Below are positions 38,562-47,659 of a DNA stretch of 64,000 nucleotides, one piece after another; position 1 is the stretch's first letter; every line of letters begins with the position of its first letter. The DNA is taken from contig JBKOUQ010000132.1 in the NCBI GenBank assembly GCA_046723475.1, positions 3,056 to 67,055 on the forward strand, written 5' to 3'. The DNA comes from Candidatus Methylomirabilota bacterium. Lineage in GTDB: Bacteria > Methylomirabilota > Methylomirabilia > Rokubacteriales > CSP1-6. The notes beneath the pieces are model-generated. The model saw nothing but the letters and a program-made list of their open reading frames with translations, had not been told where the DNA came from and ran no database searches. Both the position numbers and the translations under genes were made by a program.

Positions 38562-39515
38562 ATGTGGAAATATTTGATCAAACGGTTCTTGCTGATGTTC
38601 CCGACGCTGCTCGGCGTCGCGCTGCTCACGTTCGTGCTGATCCGTGTCATCCCCGGCGACGTGGTGGAGTTGCGCTACTCGGGCGACCGCGGCTCCGTGT
38701 CGCAGGAGGTGATCGACAAGGAACGCGCGCGAATCGGTCTCGATCAGCCGCTCTGGAAGCAGTTTGCGACGTGGATCATCGGCGTCGCGCACCTGGACTT
38801 CGGGGAGTCGATGTGGACGGGCGCGCCGATCTGGCAGGAGATCCGGCTGCGCTTCGCGCTGTCGCTGCAGGTGGCGCTCATGGCGACGGTGGTGGCGGTG
38901 TTGCTCGCCATTCCGCTCGGCGTGCTCGCTGCGCTCAAGCAGGACACCTGGGTCGACTACGCGATCCGCATTTTCTCGATCGCGGGGTTGGCCACGCCAT
39001 CGTTCTGGCTGGGGATCGTGTTCATCTTGTTCTTGCTCGTCGTGTTCCACTGGCTGCCGCCGATGGTGTACACGCCGTTCTGGGCCAACCCGCTCGAGAA
39101 CCTCAAGCAGCTGATCTGGCCCGCGCTCGCGGTCGGCTATCGGTATTCTGCGGTCGCCACGCGGATGACGCGCTCGGCGATGCTCGAGGTGCTGCGCGAG
39201 GATTACATTCGCACCGCGCGCGCGAAGGGGCTCGTGCAGCGGCTGATCCTGTCGCGTCACGCGCTCAAAAACGCGATGCTGCCGGTGCTCACGGTCGTCG
39301 CCGTCGAGTTCGCGTTTCTCATCGGTGGTCTCGTGGTCACGGAGCAGGTGTTCAATCTCAACGGCCTCGGGCTCTTGTTCGTGCAGGCGGTGGCTCATCG
39401 TGACTACACGTTGATCCAGGCGCTCGTGATGATCGTGGCCGGCTGCTTCATCGTCGCGAACTTCCTCATGGACGTCGGCTACGCGTGGATCGATCCGCGC
39501 ATCCGGTACCGCTGA
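38562..39515 (+). CDS. ABC transporter permease (DppB/OppB-like)
   Basis: MWKYLIKRFLLMFPTLLGVALLTFVLIRVIPGD is the canonical N-terminus, and an EAA loop ..DYIRTARAKGL is present. Confidence 0.9.
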   Translation: MWKYLIKRFLLMFPTLLGVALLTFVLIRVIPGDVVELRYSGDRGSVSQEVIDKERARIGLDQPLWKQFATWIIGVAHLDFGESMWTGAPIWQEIRLRFALSLQVALMATVVAVLLAIPLGVLAALKQDTWVDYAIRIFSIAGLATPSFWLGIVFILFLLVVFHWLPPMVYTPFWANPLENLKQLIWPALAVGYRYSAVATRMTRSAMLEVLREDYIRTARAKGLVQRLILSRHALKNAMLPVLTVVAVEFAFLIGGLVVTEQVFNLNGLGLLFVQAVAHRDYTLIQALVMIVAGCFIVANFLMDVGYAWIDPRIRYR

Positions 39516-39516
39516 C

Positions 39517-40428
39517 ATGGCCGTCGCGCGCGTCCCCGTTCAGGTTCCCGAAGCCGTCGAGCCGGCGCCGCCCAGCACGCTGTCCCGCTGGCTCAGCGCG
39601 GCACGCGAGTTCGCTCGCGCGCGGCCGCTCGGCGCCTTCGGCGGCGCGGTGATCGTGATCATGTTCACGGTCGCTCTCGCCGCTCCGCTGATCGCGCCGT
39701 ACGATCCCGAGGCCGTCGACTTCGCCGCGATGCTCGCGCGCCCGTCGCTGTCACACTGGCTCGGCACCGATTCGTTCGGCCGCGACGTGCTGTCGCGGCT
39801 GATCTTCGGCTCGCGCACCGCCCTCATGGTCGGCTTCGGCTCGTCCGTGCTCGGCGCGACCCTCGGCGCCATCCTCGGCGTCGCGAGCGCCTACTTCGGC
39901 GGCCGCATCGATCTTTACTTGCAGCGCGTGATGGACGTGTTCCTGTCGTTCCCGCTGATCATCCTCGCGCTCGCCCTCGTCGCGATCGTCGGCAACTCCA
40001 TTCCCAACCTCATCATCGCGATCATGGTGCCGATGATTCCACGCTCGGCGCTCGTCATTCGCTCCTCCGCGCTCGCGATTCGCGAGATGCCCTTCGTCGA
40101 CGCCGCGCGCGCCGCGGGCTTTCGTCACGCGCGGATCGTGCTCCGCCACATGCTCCCCAACGTCATGGCGCCGTACCTCATCATGCTGACGGCGTTTCTC
40201 GGCCAGGCGGTCCTCGCCGAGGCGTCGTTGTCGTTCCTCGGGCTCGGCGTGCAGGAGCCGACGGCGGCGTGGGGCCTGATGCTGCGTGGCGCCGCCGTCG
40301 AGTTCGCCGAGACCGCGCCGTGGATGGCGATCTTTCCCGGACTCGCGATCAGCCTCTCGGTGTTCGCGTTCAATCTGTTCGGCGATTCGCTGCGCGACGC
40401 GCTCGATCCACGGCTGCGCACGCAATAA
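39517..40428 (+). CDS. ABC transporter permease (DppC/OppC-like)
   Basis: ..HWLGTDSFGRDVLSRLIFGSR.. and ..FVDAARAAGF are typical DppC motifs. Confidence 0.9.
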   Translation: MAVARVPVQVPEAVEPAPPSTLSRWLSAAREFARARPLGAFGGAVIVIMFTVALAAPLIAPYDPEAVDFAAMLARPSLSHWLGTDSFGRDVLSRLIFGSRTALMVGFGSSVLGATLGAILGVASAYFGGRIDLYLQRVMDVFLSFPLIILALALVAIVGNSIPNLIIAIMVPMIPRSALVIRSSALAIREMPFVDAARAAGFRHARIVLRHMLPNVMAPYLIMLTAFLGQAVLAEASLSFLGLGVQEPTAAWGLMLRGAAVEFAETAPWMAIFPGLAISLSVFAFNLFGDSLRDALDPRLRTQ

Positions 40429-40457
40429 CGGCGGTCGAGCCCAAGCGCCCGGATTGC

Positions 40458-40486
40458 TTGACACAATATGGACGGCGAGTTAAGAA
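40458..40486 (+). promoter_or_regulatory. Candidate sigma70-type promoter of the ferredoxin gene
   Basis: TTGACA (40458-40463), 17 nt, then TAAGAA(T), about 45 nt upstream of the ATG. Confidence 0.35.
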
Positions 40487-40529
40487 TGCTTGGTCCGACC
40501 ACATCGCTCAGAGAGCCGGGGAGGCCTTG

Positions 40530-40796
40530 ATGCCGTATATCATTGCGGAGCCCTGCATCAACGTGAAGGACAAAGCCTGCGTCGAGGTCTGCCCCGTCGA
40601 CTGCATCTACGAGGGCGACACGATGCTCTACATCCATCCCGACGAGTGCATCGACTGCGGAGCCTGCGAGCCCGTTTGTCCGGTGAAGGCGATTTTCGCC
40701 GAGGACGAGACTCCGGATCAGTGGAAGAACTTCATCGAGCTCAACAAGCAGTTCTTCAAGGACCACCCCGGAGTGAAGCCCGCGACGAAAGCCTGA
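40530..40796 (+). CDS. Ferredoxin (7Fe-type, [3Fe-4S][4Fe-4S])
   Basis: MPYIIAEPCINVKDKACVEVCPVDCIYEG..HPDECIDCGACEPVCPVKAI with RBS GGGGAGG. The track ORF from 40269 is a 5' shadow extension. Confidence 0.9.
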   Translation: MPYIIAEPCINVKDKACVEVCPVDCIYEGDTMLYIHPDECIDCGACEPVCPVKAIFAEDETPDQWKNFIELNKQFFKDHPGVKPATKA

Positions 40797-40822
40797 CCGT
40801 TCGGCGTCGCGTCGGACACCAC

Positions 40823-40859
40823 GAAGGGCCCTCGCGTCACGCGAGGGCCCTTCGTTTTT
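40823..40859 (+). terminator. Rho-independent terminator
   Basis: gaagggccctcgc-gtcac-gcgagggcccttc followed by gttttt, 27 nt after the ferredoxin stop. Confidence 0.8.
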
Positions 40860-40964
40860 GTGCACGCCGCCCTGCGTGCAGGGCAGGCGCGTCCGCCAGG
40901 CGCATCGTCGCCGCGAATTTTCGCGCGCCGTGTGTGGCACGCGCGTCGCATCGTCCGCGCCGTC

Positions 40965-41378
40965 ATGAACGTTCTCGCCGATCCACACAACGGAAACGAG
41001 ATCCGCGGATATCACGGCGCCGTGTCGGACTTCAAGCGGCGCCTCATCGAAACCACGCTGCTCGCGGCGCGCGGCAACCGCACCCACGCGGCTCGCACGC
41101 TCGGGTTGCAGCGCACGTATCTGTTGCGGCTGATCCGCGAGCTGCGGGTTGCCGCGCCGCCGCCGCCGGGTCGCAACGGTCGGGCGTCCGCCGAGGGCGC
41201 GGTGCCGTCGCCGATCGTGCCGGCCGCGCGCCCGGCCACGCCCGCCGAGTCCGCGCGCCCGAGCGCAGCCACGGGCCGTCCGTCCGGCGCCAGACCAGTC
41301 GCCGCATCGACCCGACCGCCCGTTCGGGCTGCGGGCCGCCGGGAGGCGATGTCGCGGACGGTTTCGCACGCGAGGTAA
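40965..41378 (+). CDS. Fis-family HTH protein with a long Pro/Ala/Arg-rich tail
   Basis: MNVLADPHNGNEIRGYHGAVSDFKRRLIETTLLAARGNRTHAARTLGLQRTYLLRLIREL matches the HTH_8 (Fis/NtrC C-terminal) pattern. The remaining ~75 aa are low complexity, so the reading frame there is uncertain. Confidence 0.5.
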   Translation: MNVLADPHNGNEIRGYHGAVSDFKRRLIETTLLAARGNRTHAARTLGLQRTYLLRLIRELRVAAPPPPGRNGRASAEGAVPSPIVPAARPATPAESARPSAATGRPSGARPVAASTRPPVRAAGRREAMSRTVSHAR

Positions 41379-41460
41379 CCCGCCGGCACCCGTCAGGCGC
41401 CCCGGTCGTGCGCGCGCAAATTGACCTTTCGGCCGCTACCCGGCAGGATGGGCGACGGCC

Positions 41461-42588
41461 ATGCCGAACGTCTGGATCGCTGGCGCGGGGATGACGCGCA
41501 TCGGGCGGCGCAGCGAGCCGCTCGGTGACCTCATGGCGGACGCGGCGCATGCCGCGCTCGCCGCCGCAGGGCGTGAGCGACCGGAGTTCATCATCGTCGC
41601 GACGATGAATCCCGAAGAGTTCGTGGGCGACGGCAATTTCGCCTCGAACATCGCCACCTATATGGGTTTCGCCGAGACGCCCGCGCTGCGGGTGGAGACG
41701 GCGACGTCATCCGGCGCCGCCGCGCTCTATGCGGGCGTCGCCCAGGTCGCGGCGAATCTGCATCGCACAGTCCTCGTGGTGGGCGGCGAAAAGATGACGC
41801 ATCTGCCGACGCCGCGGGTCTCCGAGATCATCGGACGCTCGATCGATCCTTATGAGCGCGCATACGGTGCGACGATGCCCGCGCTCGCGGGGCTCGTGAC
41901 GCGCGCGCTGATGACACGGCGGGGAGTCACCGCCCGCGAAATCGCGCAGGTCGCCGTGAAGAATCACGGAAACGCGGCACGGAACCCCTACGCGCATTTC
42001 CAGCAGCCCGTCACGCCCGAAGAAGTGATGGACAGCCGGATGGTCGCCGACCCGCTGCGGCTGCTGCATTGCTGCCCGATTTCCGACGGCGCCGCCGCGG
42101 TCGTGCTGACGGCGGAGCGCGGGCCCGTGCGTATCGCGGGCATCGGCCAGGGAGCCGACGCGCTCGCCGTGCGCCACCGCGCCGACGTGACGCACTTTCG
42201 CGCTACGCGCGACGCCGCGCGCGCGGCGTTCGCGATGGCGGGCTTCGGCCCCGCGCGCATCGACTTCGCGGAGATTCACGACGCGTTCGCGCCGTTCGAG
42301 CTGATCTCGCTCGAAGATCTCAATCTCGTGCCGCCCGGCAAGGCCGGGCGCGCCACGCTCGACGGCGAGACGGCGCTCGACGGCCGATTGCCGGTGAACC
42401 CGTCGGGCGGTCTCAAGGCGCGTGGCCACCCGCTCGCGGCCACCGGGCTGGCGCAGGTGGTGGAGTGCGTGTGGCAGCTGACCGAACGCGCGGGCGAGCG
42501 ACAGGTGGCGGGCAACGTCGCGCTCGCGCAGTCGATCGGTGGGCTCGCCACGAACAACTGGGTCACGATCCTCGAGCGGGATCGATGA
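41461..42588 (+). CDS. Thiolase-domain protein (SCP-x / non-specific lipid-transfer thiolase-like)
   Basis: 375 aa. ..VETATSSGAAAL.., ..NPSGGLKARGHPLAATGLAQ are typical of thiolases that pair with DUF35 proteins. Confidence 0.85.
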   Translation: MPNVWIAGAGMTRIGRRSEPLGDLMADAAHAALAAAGRERPEFIIVATMNPEEFVGDGNFASNIATYMGFAETPALRVETATSSGAAALYAGVAQVAANLHRTVLVVGGEKMTHLPTPRVSEIIGRSIDPYERAYGATMPALAGLVTRALMTRRGVTAREIAQVAVKNHGNAARNPYAHFQQPVTPEEVMDSRMVADPLRLLHCCPISDGAAAVVLTAERGPVRIAGIGQGADALAVRHRADVTHFRATRDAARAAFAMAGFGPARIDFAEIHDAFAPFELISLEDLNLVPPGKAGRATLDGETALDGRLPVNPSGGLKARGHPLAATGLAQVVECVWQLTERAGERQVAGNVALAQSIGGLATNNWVTILERDR

Positions 42589-42608
42589 CCACGGCGCCGT
42601 CGGAAGCT

Positions 42609-42808
42609 CCGTTGAACGCGCCGCAGTCGGTAGGCGCCGTTGAGCGGAGCCACGAGGGTCGAATGACGCCGTTGAGCGGCGCCACGCCGCAGTTGGTAAG
42701 CGCCGTTGAGCGGCGCCACGAGGGGCGACTGACGCCGTTGAGCGGCGCCACGCCGCATCTAGAACAGGCCACCCTCGGTCTTAACCGAGCTCGCGGTCCC
42801 CGCTACAA
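42609..42808. repeat. Tandem array plus terminal copy B of the gccgttgagcggNgccacg element
   Basis: A 66-nt unit occurs twice (42634-42699 and 42700-42765), and each unit is built of two ~33-nt half-repeats. A degenerate copy starts at about 42609. The tail ..ctagaacaggccaccc..cgcggtccccgctacaa ends at the next ATG. Confidence 0.65.
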
Positions 42809-43237
42809 ATGATCGAGACGATTGCCGCCTCGCGCTGTCCGCGCTGCGACGCCGTCGTCGCGCCTCCAGCCACGTGGTGCCCATGGCATCCCGTGCCGAT
42901 GACGCCCACCAGCGTGCCTGGCATCGGGCAGGTGATCTCGTTCACGACGCTGCACGCCGCGCCCGAAGGCTTCCGCTCGCCGCTGCACATCGCCATCGTG
43001 GAGCTCGAGGGCGGTGCGAGGTTTGTCTGCCACGGCGCCGAGACGCGCGGGTTGCGCATCGGCTCCATCGTCTCCATCGAGGCCGTGAACAACATCTACT
43101 ACTTCGCGCACATGGGTGCGATGGAGCGCGCGCGGCTGTTCTGGCGCCGCGCGGGCCACGCGGGCGACCGTGTCAACGCCATCGCGCGCAGTCTGGCGAA
43201 GCGAATCGTGAAAGGACGAACCGATGCCACGAGCTGA
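42809..43237 (+). CDS. Zn-ribbon OB-fold protein (DUF35 family)
   Basis: CPRCDAVVAPPATWCPWH zinc-ribbon-like segment followed by an OB-fold-like segment. This is the usual partner of the upstream thiolase-domain protein. Confidence 0.8.
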   Translation: MIETIAASRCPRCDAVVAPPATWCPWHPVPMTPTSVPGIGQVISFTTLHAAPEGFRSPLHIAIVELEGGARFVCHGAETRGLRIGSIVSIEAVNNIYYFAHMGAMERARLFWRRAGHAGDRVNAIARSLAKRIVKGRTDATS

Positions 43238-44420
43238 CGCGCCGCTGAAGGGCATCCGTGTGCTCGACCTCACGCGCGTCCTGGCCGGACCGTACTGCGC
43301 GATGCTGCTCGGGGACATGGGCGCGGAGATCATCAAGATCGAGGAGCCGGGGAAGGGTGACGACACGCGCGGCTGGCCGCCGTTCGCCGGCGGCGAATCG
43401 ACGTACTTCATGTCAGTCAATCGCAACAAGCACAGCATCACGCTGAACCTCAAGGCGCCCGAGGGCCGCGACATCCTCAAACGCCTCGCGAAGAAGAGCG
43501 ACGTCGTGCTCGAAAACTTTCGCGCCGGCACGATGGAGAAGCTGGGGCTCGGCTATGCGACGCTGTCGAAGCTCAATCCGCGGCTTGTGTACTGCGCGAT
43601 GTCCGGGTTTGGCGAGTCGGGGCCCGATGCGCATCGCGGCGGCTACGATCTCATCGTGCAGGCCGAGTCGGGCGTCATGGATCTGACCGGCTTCGCCGAC
43701 GGACCGCCGGTGAAGGTCGGCAACTCGATCGCGGATCTGGTGGCTGGCATGTCGGGCGCGCACGGGGTCACGCTCGCGCTGCTCGTACGGCAGCGGACGA
43801 AGCGTGGTCAGAAGGTCGAGATCGCCATGCTCGACGTCATGGCATCGCTCCTGACGTATCAGGCCGGGATGTACCTGAACGCGGGGCGCACGCCGGCACG
43901 GCGCGGCAACGAGCATCCGTCGATCGTTCCGTACGAGGTCTTCAGGGCGGCCGACGCCTACATCGTGATCGGCGCCGCCAACGACTCGTTGTGGCAGCGT
44001 TGCTGTGTCGCGCTCGAGCAGCCGGACCTCGCCAAAGAACCGCGATATGCCACCGTGGCGTCGCGCGTGGAGCATCGCGCGACGCTCGTGCCGCGACTCA
44101 ACGAGATCCTGAGCACGAGACCCGCGGAGGACTGGCTGAAGCGACTCGAGACCGCCGGTGTTCCCGCCGGACGCATCCGCACCGTGCCCGAAGTGTGCGA
44201 GTCGGAGCACCTCAAAGCGCGCGGCATGGTCGTCTCGCTGCCTCACCCCAAAGCGAAGACGGTCAAAATGATGGGCGTGCCGATGCGCCTGCACGGCACG
44301 CCGGGGCGGGCCGTGAGCGCCGCGCCGGTGCTCGGTGCCGATACCGAGCGCGTGCTCACGCGGGTGCTCGGCGTCCGCCGCACGGACGTGCGCCGCCTCC
44401 GCGCCGCCGGCGTGGTGTAG
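43224..44420 (+). CDS. CaiB/BaiF family (class III) CoA transferase
   Basis: ..LKGIRVLDLTRVLAGPYCAMLLGDMGAEIIKIE.P..GD.TR.. is the canonical N-terminus. 398 aa. Confidence 0.9.
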   Translation: MPRADAPLKGIRVLDLTRVLAGPYCAMLLGDMGAEIIKIEEPGKGDDTRGWPPFAGGESTYFMSVNRNKHSITLNLKAPEGRDILKRLAKKSDVVLENFRAGTMEKLGLGYATLSKLNPRLVYCAMSGFGESGPDAHRGGYDLIVQAESGVMDLTGFADGPPVKVGNSIADLVAGMSGAHGVTLALLVRQRTKRGQKVEIAMLDVMASLLTYQAGMYLNAGRTPARRGNEHPSIVPYEVFRAADAYIVIGAANDSLWQRCCVALEQPDLAKEPRYATVASRVEHRATLVPRLNEILSTRPAEDWLKRLETAGVPAGRIRTVPEVCESEHLKARGMVVSLPHPKAKTVKMMGVPMRLHGTPGRAVSAAPVLGADTERVLTRVLGVRRTDVRRLRAAGVV

Positions 44421-45169
44421 TGCACCTGGCGCCGGTCCCGCTGAAGGGACGCTGGCTCACGTTGGAGCCGATCGACGAGCGCCACGCGCCCGGCCTTTTC
44501 GCTGCGATGTCCGACGATGAAGTCTGCCGCTACCTCGCGTGGGATCCGCCACGTTCGATCGACGAGACGTTGACGCTCGTGCGCGAGGCGAAAGACGCGA
44601 TGGCGCGCGGTCTATCGGTCGTGTATGCGCAGGTCTGGAACGCCACCGGCCAGGCGATCGGCTCCACACGGCTCCTCGACGTGCGGCCCGCGGATCGCCA
44701 GGTGGAGATCGGCGCCACGTTCCTCGCGCGCAAATTCTGGCGCACCCCGGCGAACACGGAGTCGAAGTATCTCTTTCTGCGCCACTGTTTCGAGACCCTC
44801 GGCTGCGTACGCGTTGCGCTCAAGACCGACGCGCGCAACGTGCGCTCGCAGGAGGCGATCGCGCGCCTCGGCGCCGTGCGCGAAGGCGTGCTGCGCCGCC
44901 ACATGCGCGTCAAGGGGTACCAGCGCGACACGGTGTACTTCTCGATTCTCGAGGACGAGTGGCCCGCGGTGAAGGCGCGGCTCGAGACGAGCCTCGACCG
45001 CGCCGCGCCCGCCGCGACTCAGCCGCGACCGCGCGCGCCCGCGATCAGCAGCACGACGCCGACGACCACCGCCACGCCGCCCAGCACGGGGGGCAGCGGG
45101 ATCGTCTTCTGCTTCTCCGCCTCGACCTTCAGCGGCCCAAGGTCCACAACCTTTTCCTTCGTGGTGTAA
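44420..45169 (+). CDS. GNAT family N-acetyltransferase (RimJ/RimL-like); 3' end uncertain
   Basis: ..LKGRWLTLEPIDERHAPGLF.., ..TPANTESKYLFLRHCFETLGCVRVALKTDARNVRSQEAIARLGAVREGVLRRH. The frame stays open about 150 nt beyond the domain and is antisense to the next gene. Confidence 0.7.
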   Translation: MHLAPVPLKGRWLTLEPIDERHAPGLFAAMSDDEVCRYLAWDPPRSIDETLTLVREAKDAMARGLSVVYAQVWNATGQAIGSTRLLDVRPADRQVEIGATFLARKFWRTPANTESKYLFLRHCFETLGCVRVALKTDARNVRSQEAIARLGAVREGVLRRHMRVKGYQRDTVYFSILEDEWPAVKARLETSLDRAAPAATQPRPRAPAISSTTPTTTATPPSTGGSGIVFCFSASTFSGPRSTTFSFVV

Positions 45170-45243
45170 CTGATGCCCTGATACGCGAGCGCAATCGCGC
45201 CGAGCACGATCAGGACGATGCCGAGAATCGCCAGTGGCCGCAT
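45019..45243 (-). CDS. Small two-TM membrane protein (74 aa)
   Basis: RBS GGAGGG. MRPLAILGIVLIVLGAIALAYQGISYTTKEKVVDLGPLKVEAEKQKTIPLPPVLGGVAVVVGVVLLIAGARGRG. Confidence 0.6.
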   Translation of the reverse strand: MRPLAILGIVLIVLGAIALAYQGISYTTKEKVVDLGPLKVEAEKQKTIPLPPVLGGVAVVVGVVLLIAGARGRG

Positions 45244-45296
45244 GCAGAGCCCTCCACGCGTGACGAGTGCAACGCCAGTGCCGGCGGGGCCGCTTC

Positions 45297-45326
45297 TTGA
45301 CACCGTCCCGGCCCGTAGCCGATCAT
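45297..45326 (+). promoter_or_regulatory. Candidate promoter of cimA
   Basis: TTGACA (45297-45302), 18 nt, then GATCAT, about 40 nt upstream of the ATG at 45366. Confidence 0.25.
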
Positions 45327-45365
45327 GACAGAACGCGCAACGACGCCGGGCCGGAGGCCGTAGAA

Positions 45366-46952
45366 ATGCGCCGTTTGATCAAGATTTACGACACGACGCT
45401 TCGAGATGGAACACAGGGCGAAGGCGTGTCCTTTTCCATGGAAGACAAGGTGCGGCTCGCCACCCGGCTTGATGCGCTCGGCATCCACTATATAGAAGGC
45501 GGCTGGCCCGGCTCGAATCCGAAGGATCTCCGCTTTTTTCGCCGGATGCAAGACGTCGCGTTCAAGCACGCGAAGCTCGCCGCCTTCAGCATGACGCGGC
45601 GGGCGGGTGGCAAGGCCGAGGGTGATCCGAACATGCGGGCGCTCGTCGACGCCGGAGCGCCCGTCGCCACGATCGTCGGCAAGTCGTGGGACTTCCACGT
45701 CACCGAAGCGCTCGGCACGACGTGTGACGAAAACCTCGCGATGATCACCGACACCATCGCTTGGCTGCGGCCGAGAATGGACGAGGTCATGTTCGACGCC
45801 GAGCACTTTTTCGACGGCTTTCGCGCCAACCGAGAATACGCGCTCGCGACGCTGAAGGCCGCGGAGGGGGCGGGCGCGCACTGGCTCATTCTCTGCGACA
45901 CCAACGGCGGCACGCTTCCGAGCGAGCTCGTGCAGATCGTGCGCGAAGTGCGCCGCTCGGTGCAAACGCCGCTCGGCATTCACGTCCACAACGACGCCGA
46001 GTGCGCGGTGGCGAACTCGTTGGCCGCGGTGGCCGAGGGTATCGACCAGGTCCAGGGGACGATCAACGGGTTCGGTGAGCGCTGCGGCAACGCGAACCTC
46101 GTGTCGGTCATCCCGAGCCTCGTGCTCAAGCTCGGGCTCGCCTGCATTCCCGAGAACAACCTGCGCGAGCTCCGCGACGTGTCGCGCTTCGTGTCCGAGC
46201 TGGCCAACCGCAAACCATGGGACGCGCAGCCGTACGTCGGCGACTCCGCGTTCGCCCACAAGGGCGGCATGCACGTGTCCGCCGTGCTCAAGCACGCGCA
46301 CACGTACGAGCACGTCGACCCCGAGGCGATCGGCAATCATCGGCGTGTGCTGATCTCCGAGCTCGCGGGCAAGTCGAACGTCCTCTGGAAGGCCCGCGAG
46401 TATGGCATCGATCTCGAGCACGACACGCCGGAGACGCGGCGCATTCTGGAGCGACTCAAGCAGCTCGAGGACGAGGGCTTCCAGTTCGAGGGCGCCGAGG
46501 CGTCGTTCGAGCTGTTGATGGAGCGCGCGCTCGGCCGCCACAAGCCGTACTTCGACCTCGATGCCTATCGCGTGATCGTCGAAGAGGCGAGCGCCGATGG
46601 CGAGCCGGTGGCGGAGGCGACCGTTCGCGTGCGCGTCAAAGGCATGCTCGAACACACCGCCGCGGCCGGCAACGGTCCCGTCAATGCGCTCGATCACGCG
46701 CTGCGAAAGGCGCTCGAGGAGTTCTATCCCAATCTCAAGGAGATGCGTCTGCTCGACTACAAGGTCCGCATCCTCGACGAGTCCAAGGGCACGGCGGCCA
46801 AGACGCGCGTACTGATCACGTCCGGCGACAGCGCGGACACCTGGGGCACCGTCGGCGTCGCCGACAACATCATCGAGGCGTCCTGGCGCGCGCTGGTCGA
46901 CTCCGTCGAGTACAAGCTGCGCGCCGACGAGCGGCGGGGCGCCGGCTCGTGA
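45366..46952 (+). CDS. cimA: Citramalate synthase (LeuA-family, CimA type)
   Basis: [62 protein letters not shown]. 528 aa with the C-terminal LeuA-dimer regulatory domain. Confidence 0.8.
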   Translation: MRRLIKIYDTTLRDGTQGEGVSFSMEDKVRLATRLDALGIHYIEGGWPGSNPKDLRFFRRMQDVAFKHAKLAAFSMTRRAGGKAEGDPNMRALVDAGAPVATIVGKSWDFHVTEALGTTCDENLAMITDTIAWLRPRMDEVMFDAEHFFDGFRANREYALATLKAAEGAGAHWLILCDTNGGTLPSELVQIVREVRRSVQTPLGIHVHNDAECAVANSLAAVAEGIDQVQGTINGFGERCGNANLVSVIPSLVLKLGLACIPENNLRELRDVSRFVSELANRKPWDAQPYVGDSAFAHKGGMHVSAVLKHAHTYEHVDPEAIGNHRRVLISELAGKSNVLWKAREYGIDLEHDTPETRRILERLKQLEDEGFQFEGAEASFELLMERALGRHKPYFDLDAYRVIVEEASADGEPVAEATVRVRVKGMLEHTAAAGNGPVNALDHALRKALEEFYPNLKEMRLLDYKVRILDESKGTAAKTRVLITSGDSADTWGTVGVADNIIEASWRALVDSVEYKLRADERRGAGS

Positions 46953-47305
46953 CGATCATCGTGGTCGATGACGAACCCGCCATTGTTCGCATGTGCGTGC
47001 AGGTGCTGCAGGCGAAGGGCCACACCGTGCACGGTTTCACACGCGCCGACGAAGCGCTCGCGCATCTCGGCACCGAGTCGGCGGACCTCATCGTCGTCGA
47101 CTACAAGATGCCCGAGCTCAACGGCTTGGATTTCGTCCAGCGTGCCTGGGGCCTGCGGCCCGACGTTCGCGTCGTGATGATCACCGCGCACGGTACGCGC
47201 GAGGTGCTGACGAAAGCCACCGAGTCGGGCGTCCAGACGGTGGTCCTCAAGCCGTTCACGCCGAACGAGCTCGTCGACGGCGTCACGAAGGCGTCGGAGA
47301 GCTGA
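46949..47305 (+). CDS. Single-domain response regulator (CheY-like receiver)
   Basis: [37 protein letters not shown]. The GTG overlaps the cimA stop (GTGA). Confidence 0.85.
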   Translation: MTIIVVDDEPAIVRMCVQVLQAKGHTVHGFTRADEALAHLGTESADLIVVDYKMPELNGLDFVQRAWGLRPDVRVVMITAHGTREVLTKATESGVQTVVLKPFTPNELVDGVTKASES

Positions 47306-47425
47306 CCGTTCGTCGACAAACTTTACAGTTGGCGCGGGCGCCGCTCGCGGCTCGCCGGCTCGGCTCGCTCAGCTCCGCACGATCAGCTAGTTAGCGGTGT
47401 CCCCGGCTGTGGAATATCCCTTGCT

Positions 47426-47659
47426 GTGTCGGGCGGCATGGAGACCCTCAACCACGAACCGCCCACTCGCCCCCGAGGTGTCGGTCGACCATCCACGGTC
47501 GAGCCCTATAGCCCGCGAATCGCCCAATGGCTGTCGACGGATCCGCGGCTGACAGGAGCGGAACTGCTCCGTCGTTTGCAGCGTGAGGGGTATGCCGGCG
47601 GCAAGAGCGCTCTGTATGAACTGGTGCGCCGCCTGCGGCCCGGACACGAGTCGCGGTAA
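47426..47659 (+). mobile_element. IS21-family transposase (IstA) N-terminal HTH fragment
   Basis: ..GRPSTVEPYSPRIAQWLSTDPRLTGAELLRRLQREGYAGGKSALYELVRRLRP resembles the IstA N-terminus. It stops after 77 aa, and no DDE domain or IstB follows. Confidence 0.55.

Noticed and set aside
36825-39518. 897-aa minus-strand ORF across the SBP/permease genes
   Set aside because: The composition is dominated by Arg/Asp/His/Glu runs (..RVRRLDRRDG..) with no domain signatures. The opposite strand encodes textbook ABC components with RBSs.
42609-42808. The tandem repeats here (and at 63914-63989) as a possible CRISPR array
   Set aside because: The units are contiguous with no unique spacers, there are only 2-4 copies, and no cas genes are present in the window.
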